Source: Nostoc sp. DedSLP01
Lineage (GTDB): Bacteria; Cyanobacteriota; Cyanobacteriia; Cyanobacteriales; Nostocaceae
Direction of reading: 5' to 3'
DNA: 64,000 nt
NCBI GenBank assembly: GCA_034530875.2
Contig: JAVRCJ020000002.1
Span: forward strand, 64,001 to 128,000
In this document: in pieces, positions 9,948 to 19,597 of the stretch
Layout of the letters: each line of letters begins with the position of its first letter
How positions within the stretch are numbered: the stretch's first letter is position 1
Position numbers and translations under genes: made by a program
The notes under the pieces: generated by a model
The model's database searches: none
What the model was told of the DNA's origin: nothing
The model's input: only the letters and a program-made list of their open reading frames with translations

Positions 9948-11462
9948 ATGATAAATCTGATACATCCTCCTGGCACAGTAATCCGCAGCCGTTATAAAAT
10001 TATTCAAGCCTTGGGAAGCGGTGGATTTGGGAAGACATATCTGGCAGAAGATTTGGATATACCTACAAATCCCAAGCCTAAATGTGTTGTCAAACATCTA
10101 AAGCCGCAAAATCAGAATGAAGCACTTCTGAAGATTGCTAAAAGTTTATTTAACCGAGAAGCTGAAATTTTATATCGCTTAGATAAGATTGATAACCAAG
10201 TTCCCAAATTATTGGCCCATTTTGAAGAAAACGGCGAATTTTACCTAGTACAAGAATTTATTGATGGGCATGACTTAAGCAAAGAAATAATAGCAGGTGA
10301 GCCTTGGGATGAAGCAGAAGTAAAAAAACTGCTCAGGGATATTTTAGAAATTTTAGCAGTTATCCATCAACAAAACATCATTCATCGTGATATTAAGCCA
10401 CAGAATATCATGCGTCGTCGTCAAGACGGAAAGATTATACTGATTGATTTTGGTGCAGTTAAAGAAATTAAATGCTTGGAGACGAATAGTCAAGGTCAAG
10501 TCACATCAAGCATTCTGATTGGCACAAATGGCTATATGCCAAACGAACAAGCCAATGGCAAGCCCAAACTATGTAGCGATATCTATGCAGTAGGGATGCT
10601 GGGAATTCAAGCTCTTACAGGCATACTACCTCGAGATTTACCAGAAGATCCCGTATCAGGTGAAATAATTTGGCGCGATCGCGCCAATGTCAGCGACAGA
10701 TTTGCTGAGGTGTTAACAAACATGGTGCGCTCTCATTTTAGCCAGCGTTACCAAACAGCAGTAGAAGTCTTGCAAGCACTTTCTCAATCTCCACCACCAA
10801 AGTCAGAGCGCTGGCCGCGACCTAATCGGAAAGTTATGGTAACAGGTGGAGCAGTTTTACTTGCATCGATTGTGTCTTTGTTTGTGGTGCCTAGATATTT
10901 TACGCGATCGCCAATTACGCGATCGCCAACACCTCCAAACCCACAAGCACTAACCCCACAACCGACTTCTAAAATCAAAAAATTCACTCAGCTACCTTGC
11001 AGTAGCGATTCACAGCTATCATCGCCTCCCCCAGCTACAGGCAAACCAACTTGGGAAACTACAATCTATAAATATTATGGGCAGATAGATCCAAAAGCAA
11101 AAGATGCAAACGGTAGGGGGTTGATGGTTTTTAAAAAGAACCAATTTCAATACTATGGAGACTTTAAAAATAATAAACGTAATGGTTGTGGAAGATTATC
11201 GTATCCAGCCTCGGGCGATATTGACTATTACTTAGGCGAGTTTAAAAATGATAAATATCAAGGGTTAGGAATATTGAAATGGAAAAATGGAAATGAATAT
11301 CGAGGAAACTTTGCTAACGATAAATGCCAAGGAGAAGGAGTATTATACCTATCAGCAGATAATATCGAGCGAGATGGGCAATGGAGTGAAGGTAAGTTAG
11401 AAGGAACTGACTTGTTATGTAATAAGGAGCATTCAGTATCTAGTACAGCACAGCGGCAATAA
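9948..11462 (+). CDS. Membrane Ser/Thr protein kinase (Pkn2 type) with C-terminal MORN-repeat domain
   Basis: GSGGFG, HRDIKPQN, DFG; one TM; repeats of Y.G.F.N....G.G. Confidence 0.93.
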   Translation: MINLIHPPGTVIRSRYKIIQALGSGGFGKTYLAEDLDIPTNPKPKCVVKHLKPQNQNEALLKIAKSLFNREAEILYRLDKIDNQVPKLLAHFEENGEFYLVQEFIDGHDLSKEIIAGEPWDEAEVKKLLRDILEILAVIHQQNIIHRDIKPQNIMRRRQDGKIILIDFGAVKEIKCLETNSQGQVTSSILIGTNGYMPNEQANGKPKLCSDIYAVGMLGIQALTGILPRDLPEDPVSGEIIWRDRANVSDRFAEVLTNMVRSHFSQRYQTAVEVLQALSQSPPPKSERWPRPNRKVMVTGGAVLLASIVSLFVVPRYFTRSPITRSPTPPNPQALTPQPTSKIKKFTQLPCSSDSQLSSPPPATGKPTWETTIYKYYGQIDPKAKDANGRGLMVFKKNQFQYYGDFKNNKRNGCGRLSYPASGDIDYYLGEFKNDKYQGLGILKWKNGNEYRGNFANDKCQGEGVLYLSADNIERDGQWSEGKLEGTDLLCNKEHSVSSTAQRQ

Positions 11463-12063
11463 GAAAATATAATTTTTTTGACTTTTGATTTTTGCACAAC
11501 AGTACTAATGTGCTATGTATTGGCTTTATCACCTTGAATTTTATATATTGATGGCTAGTTTAAATTCCTCATACAAAATTTTATTCCGAGATAGTAAATT
11601 CAGTAGAACTATGTCTACTATCCAATTTATAAAAGTATCTTATAGAGGTTTTTTCATTTTACGTAAGTATATATCTGATTTTTCTTTCTAGAGAGTTTTA
11701 TTATTGGCAATTCTGCTAACAAATTCTCAACTAAGAAGCTCATTTCATTGCTTATTTAAAAGCTAAAGTATCTCACCTATTAAATAGTTTTATTACGTAT
11801 CAAATATATATTAAGTTTGTTTTCATCAATGTTAATTCAGTAAATTTCATGGTTTATACTGAATTTACTAAGAATATTTTGTTAAATTAAGTTCTATACT
11901 GAATTTATAGAATTTTGTATTGAATATATTTTTGAATAGCATGGTTGAAATGTTGGCTTTCTACCGTTATTTAAAAGTATCTATTAAATACAATGTCTAG
12001 AAAATTAGTATTTATTTTGATGATTTTTAAGTCCTACATATTAAAAATAAAGTAAGGTGTTTT

Positions 12064-12768
12064 ATGAAGATAAAATTTATACTTTCTACTTCTTGTTTGC
12101 TTATTTCTACAAGTTTAAGTCTTCTTCCAACACAGCGAATACTAGGGCAACAAACATCGCCACTATCTCCCGAACCAACCACTGTACCACGTTCCCCAGC
12201 AGCACCATCCTCTACGCCAACTGGTTCGCCATCTTCTACACCAAGTCCTGCACCAGTTCCCACAACAGCACCAAATACGAATACGAAACCAGCTTCTTCA
12301 GGATTTTCCCAACTACCTTGCGATAGTGATGTAGAGCTATCCTCGCCCCCAGCGGCTAAAGGCAAGCCAACCTGGGAAACTAACATCTATAGATATTATG
12401 GTCAGATTAATCCCAGAACCAAAGAAGCTAACGGTAGAGGGTTGATGATTTTTAAACAGAATGGTTTTCAGTACTATGGAGACTTTAAAAGTAATAAGCG
12501 TAATGGTTGTGGGCGATTATCATATCCGGTAGAAAGTAATATTAACTATTACTTAGGTCAGTTTAAAAACGATGAATTGCAAGGTCTGGGATATTTGAAA
12601 TTGAGAAACGGTAACGAATATCGAGGTAACTTTGTTAAGAATAGATGCCAAGGAGAAGGAGTTTATATATTTGCAGATAAAGCTGAGCGAGATGGAATCT
12701 GGCGTCAAGATAAATTAGAAGGAAGCGATGATTTATCTTGTAAAGATTTTAACCCCAATTCACGATAG
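12064..12768 (+). CDS. Secreted MORN-repeat protein, paralogue of the kinase C-terminal domain
   Basis: Signal peptide, P/S/T linker, MORN repeats; 59/75 identical residues to the kinase over FTQLPC...RLSYP (hand count). Confidence 0.88.
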   Translation: MKIKFILSTSCLLISTSLSLLPTQRILGQQTSPLSPEPTTVPRSPAAPSSTPTGSPSSTPSPAPVPTTAPNTNTKPASSGFSQLPCDSDVELSSPPAAKGKPTWETNIYRYYGQINPRTKEANGRGLMIFKQNGFQYYGDFKSNKRNGCGRLSYPVESNINYYLGQFKNDELQGLGYLKLRNGNEYRGNFVKNRCQGEGVYIFADKAERDGIWRQDKLEGSDDLSCKDFNPNSR

Positions 12769-12852
12769 TCTGTATATAAATCTGATTGATTGAGTTTACT
12801 ATTCCAGCTATCTGCACTGAGATAAATTAATAAAGCAAAGGTTTTATAGAAG

Positions 12853-13296
12853 ATGAAAATAATACTTTCTACCACTGCTTTAGTTGTTGTCACAACCTTG
12901 AGTTGTTTTCCAGCGCAACGATTACTAGCCCAAGAAGCACTTCCTGTTGCAGGCCCGGCAGTAGCATCAAACAATAGTAATACTGATGAATTACCTGCTG
13001 CCGGGCCTGCGATACAACAAGAAAGTGGACGCTCTTCATCAAGCCGCCCAAGAGCTATTAGTAGAGCAGAACCTACAAGGTCATCAAGGCGTCCAAGAGT
13101 TATTAGTAGAGAAGAACCTAGAAGACAATTAAGGCGTTCAACAGCAATTAGTAGACCAGAACCTAGACCGCGAGTTAGACCAGTAACGGACATACCACAG
13201 AGACAAACACCTCCAAGAAGGAGGCTAAAAAAACCTGCCACACCAGCTCCAAAAGCGCCTTCAACGTCTCCCGATTTTCCCATCAGACTATGGTAA
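12853..13296 (+). CDS. Secreted Arg/Pro-rich low-complexity repeat protein
   Basis: Signal peptide resembling that of the preceding gene; LPxAGPA twice; [AV]ISRxEP three times. Confidence 0.7.
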   Translation: MKIILSTTALVVVTTLSCFPAQRLLAQEALPVAGPAVASNNSNTDELPAAGPAIQQESGRSSSSRPRAISRAEPTRSSRRPRVISREEPRRQLRRSTAISRPEPRPRVRPVTDIPQRQTPPRRRLKKPATPAPKAPSTSPDFPIRLW

Positions 13297-13488
13297 AACT
13301 CTAGATTTTTGAAGGGCAAAGTGGAAAGCCAAAAATTAGAATTTATCTATTTGTTGCATTCTTTAAGTTCCTGCCGACGACGTTGACGGTTAACACCAGT
13401 CAAAAGTCAACGTAAACCATCGCTTAAAAAAATTGAGATGAGCTTAATTGAACTTAAATAGCTAGCTTTGCACCAAGCTGAATATTTT

Positions 13489-14076
13489 ATGCAAAACAAG
13501 TTAATCAAGAAGAACCTAGAACTTTGTACTGGTTTAAGTATTGGTTTGGGTGCAATTGCGCTGTTGTTCTGGCTGCAATCACAGCATACTACTAGGGTCA
13601 ATATTGAGAAACGTGCAGATTCCCAAAAAACAATTGAGAAGCCAGCATTTCCTATAGTCAAACCAACTGTTCCCGCAACTTCTAAACAAGATATCCATTT
13701 AGTACTTAAACGAAGTGTGCGGAAGCTTTATGTATACAAAGGAGACAGTTTACAAGCTAGCTACCCAGTCGCGATTGGTAAACCAGGGTGGGAAACACCA
13801 ATAGGAAAGTTCAAAGTTATTGAGATGTTGAAAAACCCAGATTGGAGACATCCTCAAACTGGGGAATTAGTTCTTCCAGGTGCAAATAATCCCTTAGGAG
13901 AACGCTGGATTGCATTCTGGAATGTTGGCAGAAAATACATCGGATTTCATGGTACTCCTGATAGAACATCTGTCGGAGAAGCAGCTTCTCATGGTTGCGT
14001 TCGGATGTATAACGAGAATGTCCGCCAACTGTATGAAATGGTCAAACTTGGTACGCCTGTTTCAGTAGAACCTTAG
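13489..14076 (+). CDS. L,D-transpeptidase (YkuD family), N-terminal TM anchor
   Basis: YPVAIGKPGWETP.G, NPLGERWI, IGFHGT, ASHGCVRM. Confidence 0.93.
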   Translation: MQNKLIKKNLELCTGLSIGLGAIALLFWLQSQHTTRVNIEKRADSQKTIEKPAFPIVKPTVPATSKQDIHLVLKRSVRKLYVYKGDSLQASYPVAIGKPGWETPIGKFKVIEMLKNPDWRHPQTGELVLPGANNPLGERWIAFWNVGRKYIGFHGTPDRTSVGEAASHGCVRMYNENVRQLYEMVKLGTPVSVEP

Positions 14077-14121
14077 CTCGATTTTATCCATATCACATTA
14101 AATTCATCAGATAGGCAAAGA

Positions 14122-14160
14122 ATCTCACCGCTAGAATGGAATGCATTTAACGGTGAGATT
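14122..14160. terminator. Hairpin between convergent genes
   Basis: AATCTCACCG...CGGTGAGATT. Confidence 0.5.
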
Positions 14161-14215
14161 GTCAATATTTCAGCCAATATTTAATACTCAGAATTTAGCT
14201 CTCTGTGGTACTGAA

Positions 14216-15085
14216 TTATTCAGGATAGAACACAAATGTCCGCAACTCGATACTCTCGCGTGGAGGTGCATTTGGTGGGCTGGTAGGGTCTTCAAATGCC
14301 GTATGGAGTGCAAAGCGGGCGCGTCCGTCCTCTGCGGAGTCGAAACACTTGATTAATACTGCTTCGTTCCTTTTCATTTGAGGAAAGTAGTACCACTTGT
14401 GTTTTGGATTATAAGTGACAGCGTAGGTCTCACCGATGCGATCGCGGTATATCAGGTCATTTACTACCAAGTCTGTTGGTGCAACAGTTTGAGCATCACA
14501 TAACGTTAGTGGTGATTCTTGAATTGTGTCGCCAATTCCTCGCCAAACATTGATAATCGCAAACCGTTGTTTTAAAAGGCTGTCAATGTTCTCTATACCT
14601 TGTGCTGCTAATTCCCTACGTACACGTCTATGTCCGCCTGGAGTGCTGAAGTCATTGTGTACGCGCTTGACAGGTTCCCGAATACCACTATTAATGTCCT
14701 GCTTCATCAGTGTGGCATTCCGCAAGGTAGCATCGAAGATCGCGACCTCAGTTGCACCAGTCACCTCTTTTAATAACTGTTTCGCTTCTGCGTAGTAAAC
14801 TTGGCGTACCTCTTGTGGATCGTAAAAGTTACGGACGCTGGTATTATGCTCGGTAAATGCAAAACCTTCTCGATCTAGCGAGATATTCTTTGAAATGGAA
14901 CGAGCATTGTAGATTGGCACTTTGTATGATTGATAGCTGCCATTAGAACGCACAACACCTGATGGTGGTTCGTAAGCATAGCTAAAAAGCTTGTCTGTAG
15001 TTGGCAGTAGGTAACTGAGGTTACCCTCTACAGATGGCAAATTCTCAACAATTGGTCTGTCTAAAACTTGGCTATTTAAGCTCAT
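14216..15085 (-). CDS. CmcJ/NvfI/AsaB-family oxidoreductase
   Basis: SLDREGF, VHNDF, INVWR, PLTLCDA, HKWYYFPQM, HTAF, RESIELR. Confidence 0.85.
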   Translation of the reverse strand: MSLNSQVLDRPIVENLPSVEGNLSYLLPTTDKLFSYAYEPPSGVVRSNGSYQSYKVPIYNARSISKNISLDREGFAFTEHNTSVRNFYDPQEVRQVYYAEAKQLLKEVTGATEVAIFDATLRNATLMKQDINSGIREPVKRVHNDFSTPGGHRRVRRELAAQGIENIDSLLKQRFAIINVWRGIGDTIQESPLTLCDAQTVAPTDLVVNDLIYRDRIGETYAVTYNPKHKWYYFPQMKRNEAVLIKCFDSAEDGRARFALHTAFEDPTSPPNAPPRESIELRTFVFYPE

Positions 15086-15641
15086 AAGTCATACCATTTG
15101 TAATTTTGTGATTAGACCTGACTTGAAAAAGGAAGTAAAAAATTCCTAGAGACGCGATTGATTAATCGCGTCTGTATGGAAGTAGGCGAGGAAACCTTTT
15201 TATTGTTAGTTGTCAGATTTTGTCGTGATTGACTACTTTGAAAATAGAAAGTAGGGAAAAGAAATTTTGATAACTTACGCAAAAATCACCCAAAAGCCTA
15301 ATCTCTCGAACTTCCAAGAATCGTCGAGTCTGCGTAAGTCCTAATTTTCATTGCTTGTTGTGAGTGCAACTTATGGAGTCTCTTGCATAAATATTTCCTA
15401 ATTTCGCGTATAGACACCTTCGCGTAACGCAAATAAGAGTACAAAAAACGACTTGTGAGTAATTTAGCCGTACAGTACTTACTCTATTATAAAATACTGT
15501 TTATCTACCGTGTTTAAGGAGTTTGTTTTAGGAGTATTGCATGGCTATAGCTAAAATTCAAGTCTTCGACAATAAAATATACGATCATTTAAATTTATGT
15601 ATGGCTAATAATTAGTTTAGCTAAGTATACTGTGATTATTA

Positions 15642-15801
15642 TAGAACTTACGCACTGAAGCCTGAAACCTAGATCCCCCCTAGCCCCCCTTAAAAAGGGG
15701 GGAACTTCTAAAGCCACGCCACTTGCTACAAGTCGGGGAACCCGCCCAATGCAGTGGCTCCCCTTTTTAAGGGGGTTGGGGGATCTGAGTGCGTAAGTCC
15801 T
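15642..15801. mobile_element. Composite MITE-like element with palindromic core
   Basis: TIRs AGAACTTACGCA / TGCGTAAGTCCT; internal CCCCCTTAAAAAGGGGG arms; related ends at 15271-15341, 17080-17125 and near 49553. Confidence 0.7.
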
Positions 15802-15900
15802 GTATTACACGTATATCAGGTGAAAACTCTTGGCTGCCCATCTGCGTTATCTTTAACAGTCTCTTGTGAGAGATAATCGAGGCGATCGCAGCACTTTAAC

Positions 15901-15935
15901 AAACAAAAAGCCCCTGGTTAAGTCAACACCAGGGG
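15901..15935 (-). terminator. Orphan intrinsic terminator
   Basis: CCCCTGGT-loop-ACCAGGGG followed on the minus strand by CTTTTTGTTT. Confidence 0.65.
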
Positions 15936-16316
15936 TATCCATCTTTATTCCCTAAATACTAAGATCGCATTTTTTAGACTGTAATACATGCTTACTCATG
16001 CAAGAAAAACATACATTTGATGATGATTTTGCAATCAACTGTGCAATTGGGTTAGCAAATCATAAAAAAGGCTTAGCACTGAGGTGAGCCTGCATATACT
16101 TAGTTTTAAAAACAACATTAAAAATTAATTTTAGCTGACTTGACAAATTAGTTCATCTTCCTCTCATCTGTGTCCAAATATATTGGAAGAACTGGCAAGA
16201 AAGATAGCGATTGCAAAGTCGAGATTTTGATTTCTACCATCAAGTTTTACTGTAATTTCGGCAATTAAAGTGTTAAAAAAGACTTTGGTATAAAGCTTGT
16301 CTTGAGGTAACAGGAT

Positions 16317-16922
16317 ATGGATGAAGTCGTCAAAAAAGTTGCCGCTGTGGGATTACCTTGTATTGTCTTGCTAGTAATAATGGCAACTACAGGTTTAAAA
16401 GATGCCGCTGCGATGGCAGCGGCATTAGCATTGCTGGGAGGCCCAGCAGGGATGAAGGGCGGAATTGCTGTTTTAGGACTAATAGGTTTAATTAGCGATT
16501 TTTTGGCAAAATTAATTTTGGAAGGTTTCTTAACAGGTATTTATAGCCAAAGACGACAGACTCAATCACAGACAAAACTTCTTCAAGAAATTGATTATTT
16601 ACTATTATTTGACAAAAATCTTAAACAAAGGCTCAAAGCTACAATCAAAACTCACACTGAAAATGTGACTAAAGAGGTAATGGATATTTTAGAGAATGTT
16701 CCTGGCATGACTCACGCAGACCAAAGAGATTTTAAAAGGTCAAATTTGATTATGAGGCTCAGAGATGGGACAGTGGTAAGAACTTGGAAAAACCCTGTTG
16801 GTGTTGACCATGTTTTTTTAGGCGATCGCACCGATAAAATGATTTATGGTGGATATGTTGGCTGGATTCACAGCGAAGGATTAAAGCAAGCATTAACTCG
16901 CATTAGAAGAGATTTTACTTAA
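16317..16922 (+). CDS. Hypothetical membrane protein, Gly/Ala-rich hydrophobic N-terminus plus soluble C-terminal domain
   Basis: GAGG RBS; ALALLGGPAGMKGGIAVLGLIGL segment. Confidence 0.75.
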   Translation: MDEVVKKVAAVGLPCIVLLVIMATTGLKDAAAMAAALALLGGPAGMKGGIAVLGLIGLISDFLAKLILEGFLTGIYSQRRQTQSQTKLLQEIDYLLLFDKNLKQRLKATIKTHTENVTKEVMDILENVPGMTHADQRDFKRSNLIMRLRDGTVVRTWKNPVGVDHVFLGDRTDKMIYGGYVGWIHSEGLKQALTRIRRDFT

Positions 16923-17130
16923 GGCAATAGTTTTAACATAATTACTTATTATAAAAGACTTGGCCAGACCAAGCCTCTAGATAGATATAGCAAGCATTTA
17001 CTACACTAAGATTAATTTAGACTTAGAGGTTGTTTTAAAAGTGGTTAACTGTGATTTTAGTTACTTGTTTATCCCCCATAGTCCCCTTTTTAAGGGGATT
17101 GGGGGATCTGAGTGTGTAAGTTCTGATTAA

Positions 17131-17230
17131 TATCAATTTGAAAAAAAAATGCGACAGACGTATTGTAGGGGCGCAAAGCTTTGCGCCCCTACAGATTTTT
17201 GATGTGTTGTCAAGATTTTTTGAAACAGTA
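17131..17230. mobile_element. MITE-like element carrying a REP-like palindrome
   Basis: TAA flanks; central GTAGGGGCGCAAAG-CTTTGCGCCCCTAC. Confidence 0.6.
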
Positions 17231-17235
17231 TAAGC

Positions 17236-19119
17236 CTAAGTTTCTAACATCTGCAAGTTATGTAAGGTGGCATAAAGTCCACCTTGTTGTAGTAATTGTT
17301 CGTGGCTTCCTTGTTCGATTAATTCGCCGCGCTTCAAAACAAAAATCCGGTCTACATTACGAATTGTAGATAAACGGTGAGCAATAATAATCGCGGTGCG
17401 TCTGAACAAAAGCTGGTCTAATGCTTGTTGAATTAAAGCTTCTGTCCCAACATCTAAACTAGCGGTGGCTTCATCTAATACTAAAATTTGCGGATCGCGA
17501 ATAGCAGCACGAGCAAAGGCTAAAAGTTGCTTTTGCCCGCTAGAAATATTTGTGCCTCTTTCTCGAAGTTGAGTATCGTAGCTTTGGGGTAACTCTTCTA
17601 TAAACTGGGCAATGTTGGTTTTTTCTGCTGCCTGTTGAATTTGTTCGATTGTATAACCATCTCCTAAAGAAATGTTGCTTTTAACATCACCAGCAAATAC
17701 AAAACCGTCTTGTAAAATTACTGCCATGTAACGCCGCAGTTCTGCTTGTGGCACTTCTCTAATATCTATACCATCTATGAGAATGCGTCCTTGGGTGGGT
17801 TCGTAAAGACGACATAAAAGGCGAATGATAGAAGTTTTACCCGCACCTGTGGGGCCGACTAATGCAATTTTTTCACCAGGATGAATGGTGAAATCTAAGT
17901 CTTTAATTACATAATCATCGTTTTTATAAGCAAACCAAACGTGTTCAAAACGGATTTCTCCGAGTTCAGGCGGTGACTCGATATCTGGAGATTCTAAATT
18001 TGCAACTATCTCGTCTATATAGCCGAATTTAGCATCAAGAATTGAGTAGCGTACATTAGCCCGATCGCGGATTTCTATCGGTTCGTCTAATACATCGCTG
18101 ACGCGTTCAATGGCAGTAAAACCAGCTTGAATTACGGTAAATTTTTCGGCAAAATTTCTTAATGGATCGAATAATCGTTGGGCATATAAAACAAATGCCG
18201 ATAAAGTTCCAAAAGTTAAAGCTTTATTTAAAAGCATCAAACCACCCAACCATAAAACACCTGCGATCGCCACTAATCCAATCCATTCCAAAGTGGCAGA
18301 AACAGCTGCATCATAAAAGATATTTCTATCTACTTGTTGAGTGTAGCGGGTGTTAGTGGCACGAAATAACTCCGCATTAAATTTTTCTCTGCGGAACAAC
18401 TGCACTACGTTAATGCCAACGACATTTTCTTGCAGTTGTGAATTTAGTATCGAAAGTTCTTCCCGCCCTTTGTAATTGGCTTTGCGATACTGTTTCTGTA
18501 AGTAAACTATTATCCAGGTAATCGGCAACAGCATCAATATTAACAAGCAAGCAAGTTGCCATTGAAGAGAAAGCATTAAAGCCACAATCACCAGCATGGA
18601 AAACAAATCGGAGATGATGCCGATCGCTCCAGTAGAAAAGACATCGCCTAATACTTCTACATCACTAGTGATTCTGGTAATTAATTTCCCTACGGGTGTC
18701 CGATCGAAAAAACGTACCGCTAGAGATGTGACGTGGTGGAATAAATCTTGGCGAATTGCTGTGGTGATTTGTTGCCCTAGTTTCTGTACGAGATAACCCT
18801 GATAGCCTGTCAATACCAATCGAATGGCGATCGCAATTAGCAATAACCCTTCTAAGATATTTAGCGATTGGGAGAATGGACGATTCCTCAAGAATTCGTA
18901 AATACTCGGTTCCTTGCGAATCAGGGAAATAATTTGTCCAATTAACAGCGGTTGTACGGCATTACCGATGGCGATGGGTACGAGTAGCAACATCGACAGT
19001 GCCAATAGTCCGCTATTGCGACGGGCATAAGGCACTAAACGCAGAAACAACCGCCAGTCATTTTCACCCCGACCGTGTTGTGTGTATGATTTTTTTTTGA
19101 GAGATTGGTAGATGCTCAT
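17236..19119 (-). CDS. ABC exporter, fused permease/ATPase (ABCB/MsbA-like)
   Basis: TM domain, GPTGAGKT, ISSGQKQ, LVLDEATA. Confidence 0.95.
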   Translation of the reverse strand: MSIYQSLKKKSYTQHGRGENDWRLFLRLVPYARRNSGLLALSMLLLVPIAIGNAVQPLLIGQIISLIRKEPSIYEFLRNRPFSQSLNILEGLLLIAIAIRLVLTGYQGYLVQKLGQQITTAIRQDLFHHVTSLAVRFFDRTPVGKLITRITSDVEVLGDVFSTGAIGIISDLFSMLVIVALMLSLQWQLACLLILMLLPITWIIVYLQKQYRKANYKGREELSILNSQLQENVVGINVVQLFRREKFNAELFRATNTRYTQQVDRNIFYDAAVSATLEWIGLVAIAGVLWLGGLMLLNKALTFGTLSAFVLYAQRLFDPLRNFAEKFTVIQAGFTAIERVSDVLDEPIEIRDRANVRYSILDAKFGYIDEIVANLESPDIESPPELGEIRFEHVWFAYKNDDYVIKDLDFTIHPGEKIALVGPTGAGKTSIIRLLCRLYEPTQGRILIDGIDIREVPQAELRRYMAVILQDGFVFAGDVKSNISLGDGYTIEQIQQAAEKTNIAQFIEELPQSYDTQLRERGTNISSGQKQLLAFARAAIRDPQILVLDEATASLDVGTEALIQQALDQLLFRRTAIIIAHRLSTIRNVDRIFVLKRGELIEQGSHEQLLQQGGLYATLHNLQMLET

Positions 19120-19597
19120 AATAAGAGCATTATATTCATGTTTGCTAAAAAGACACTTTATTAAAACTTGTCACTTCGATCGCGTAGCCAAACACTATAC
19201 CAATATTTACTGATTTATTTTCACTGGTTTACAGAACTTTAAAGAATTTATATCTGACCGAAAATTATAGCAATTTTCATTTGAATGAGGTAAACGCTAG
19301 GGGCGCACAACTGTACGCCCCACGAATTATATGTACTCCGCAGAATTACAAACTGCCATATATCAAGGCGGTTATATAGCAAGCTGCTCATACGTATTTT
19401 GACTCAATAATCGCTGGAGTATTTGTAAGAATTGCTGCATAAGTATGCTTTGAAGTATGAAACAATACCATACTTCTCCCTTTACGTCTTATATCTAAAG
19501 GTAGAAGATAAAGGTTAACTCAAATTTGGGAAACCTAAGAGAAGTTCATTCCCAAGACATATCTCGCTTATTTATCGCAGAGTGCAACTGAGGTCAG

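Noticed and set aside
10900..10929. 15-bp tandem duplication containing HIP1 in the kinase linker (TRSPITRSPT)
   Set aside because: In-frame micro-duplication in a low-complexity linker with no evident consequence
12705..13319. 204-aa minus-strand ORF over the Arg-rich gene
   Set aside because: The plus-strand ORF has a signal peptide matching its neighbour and is co-oriented with the locus
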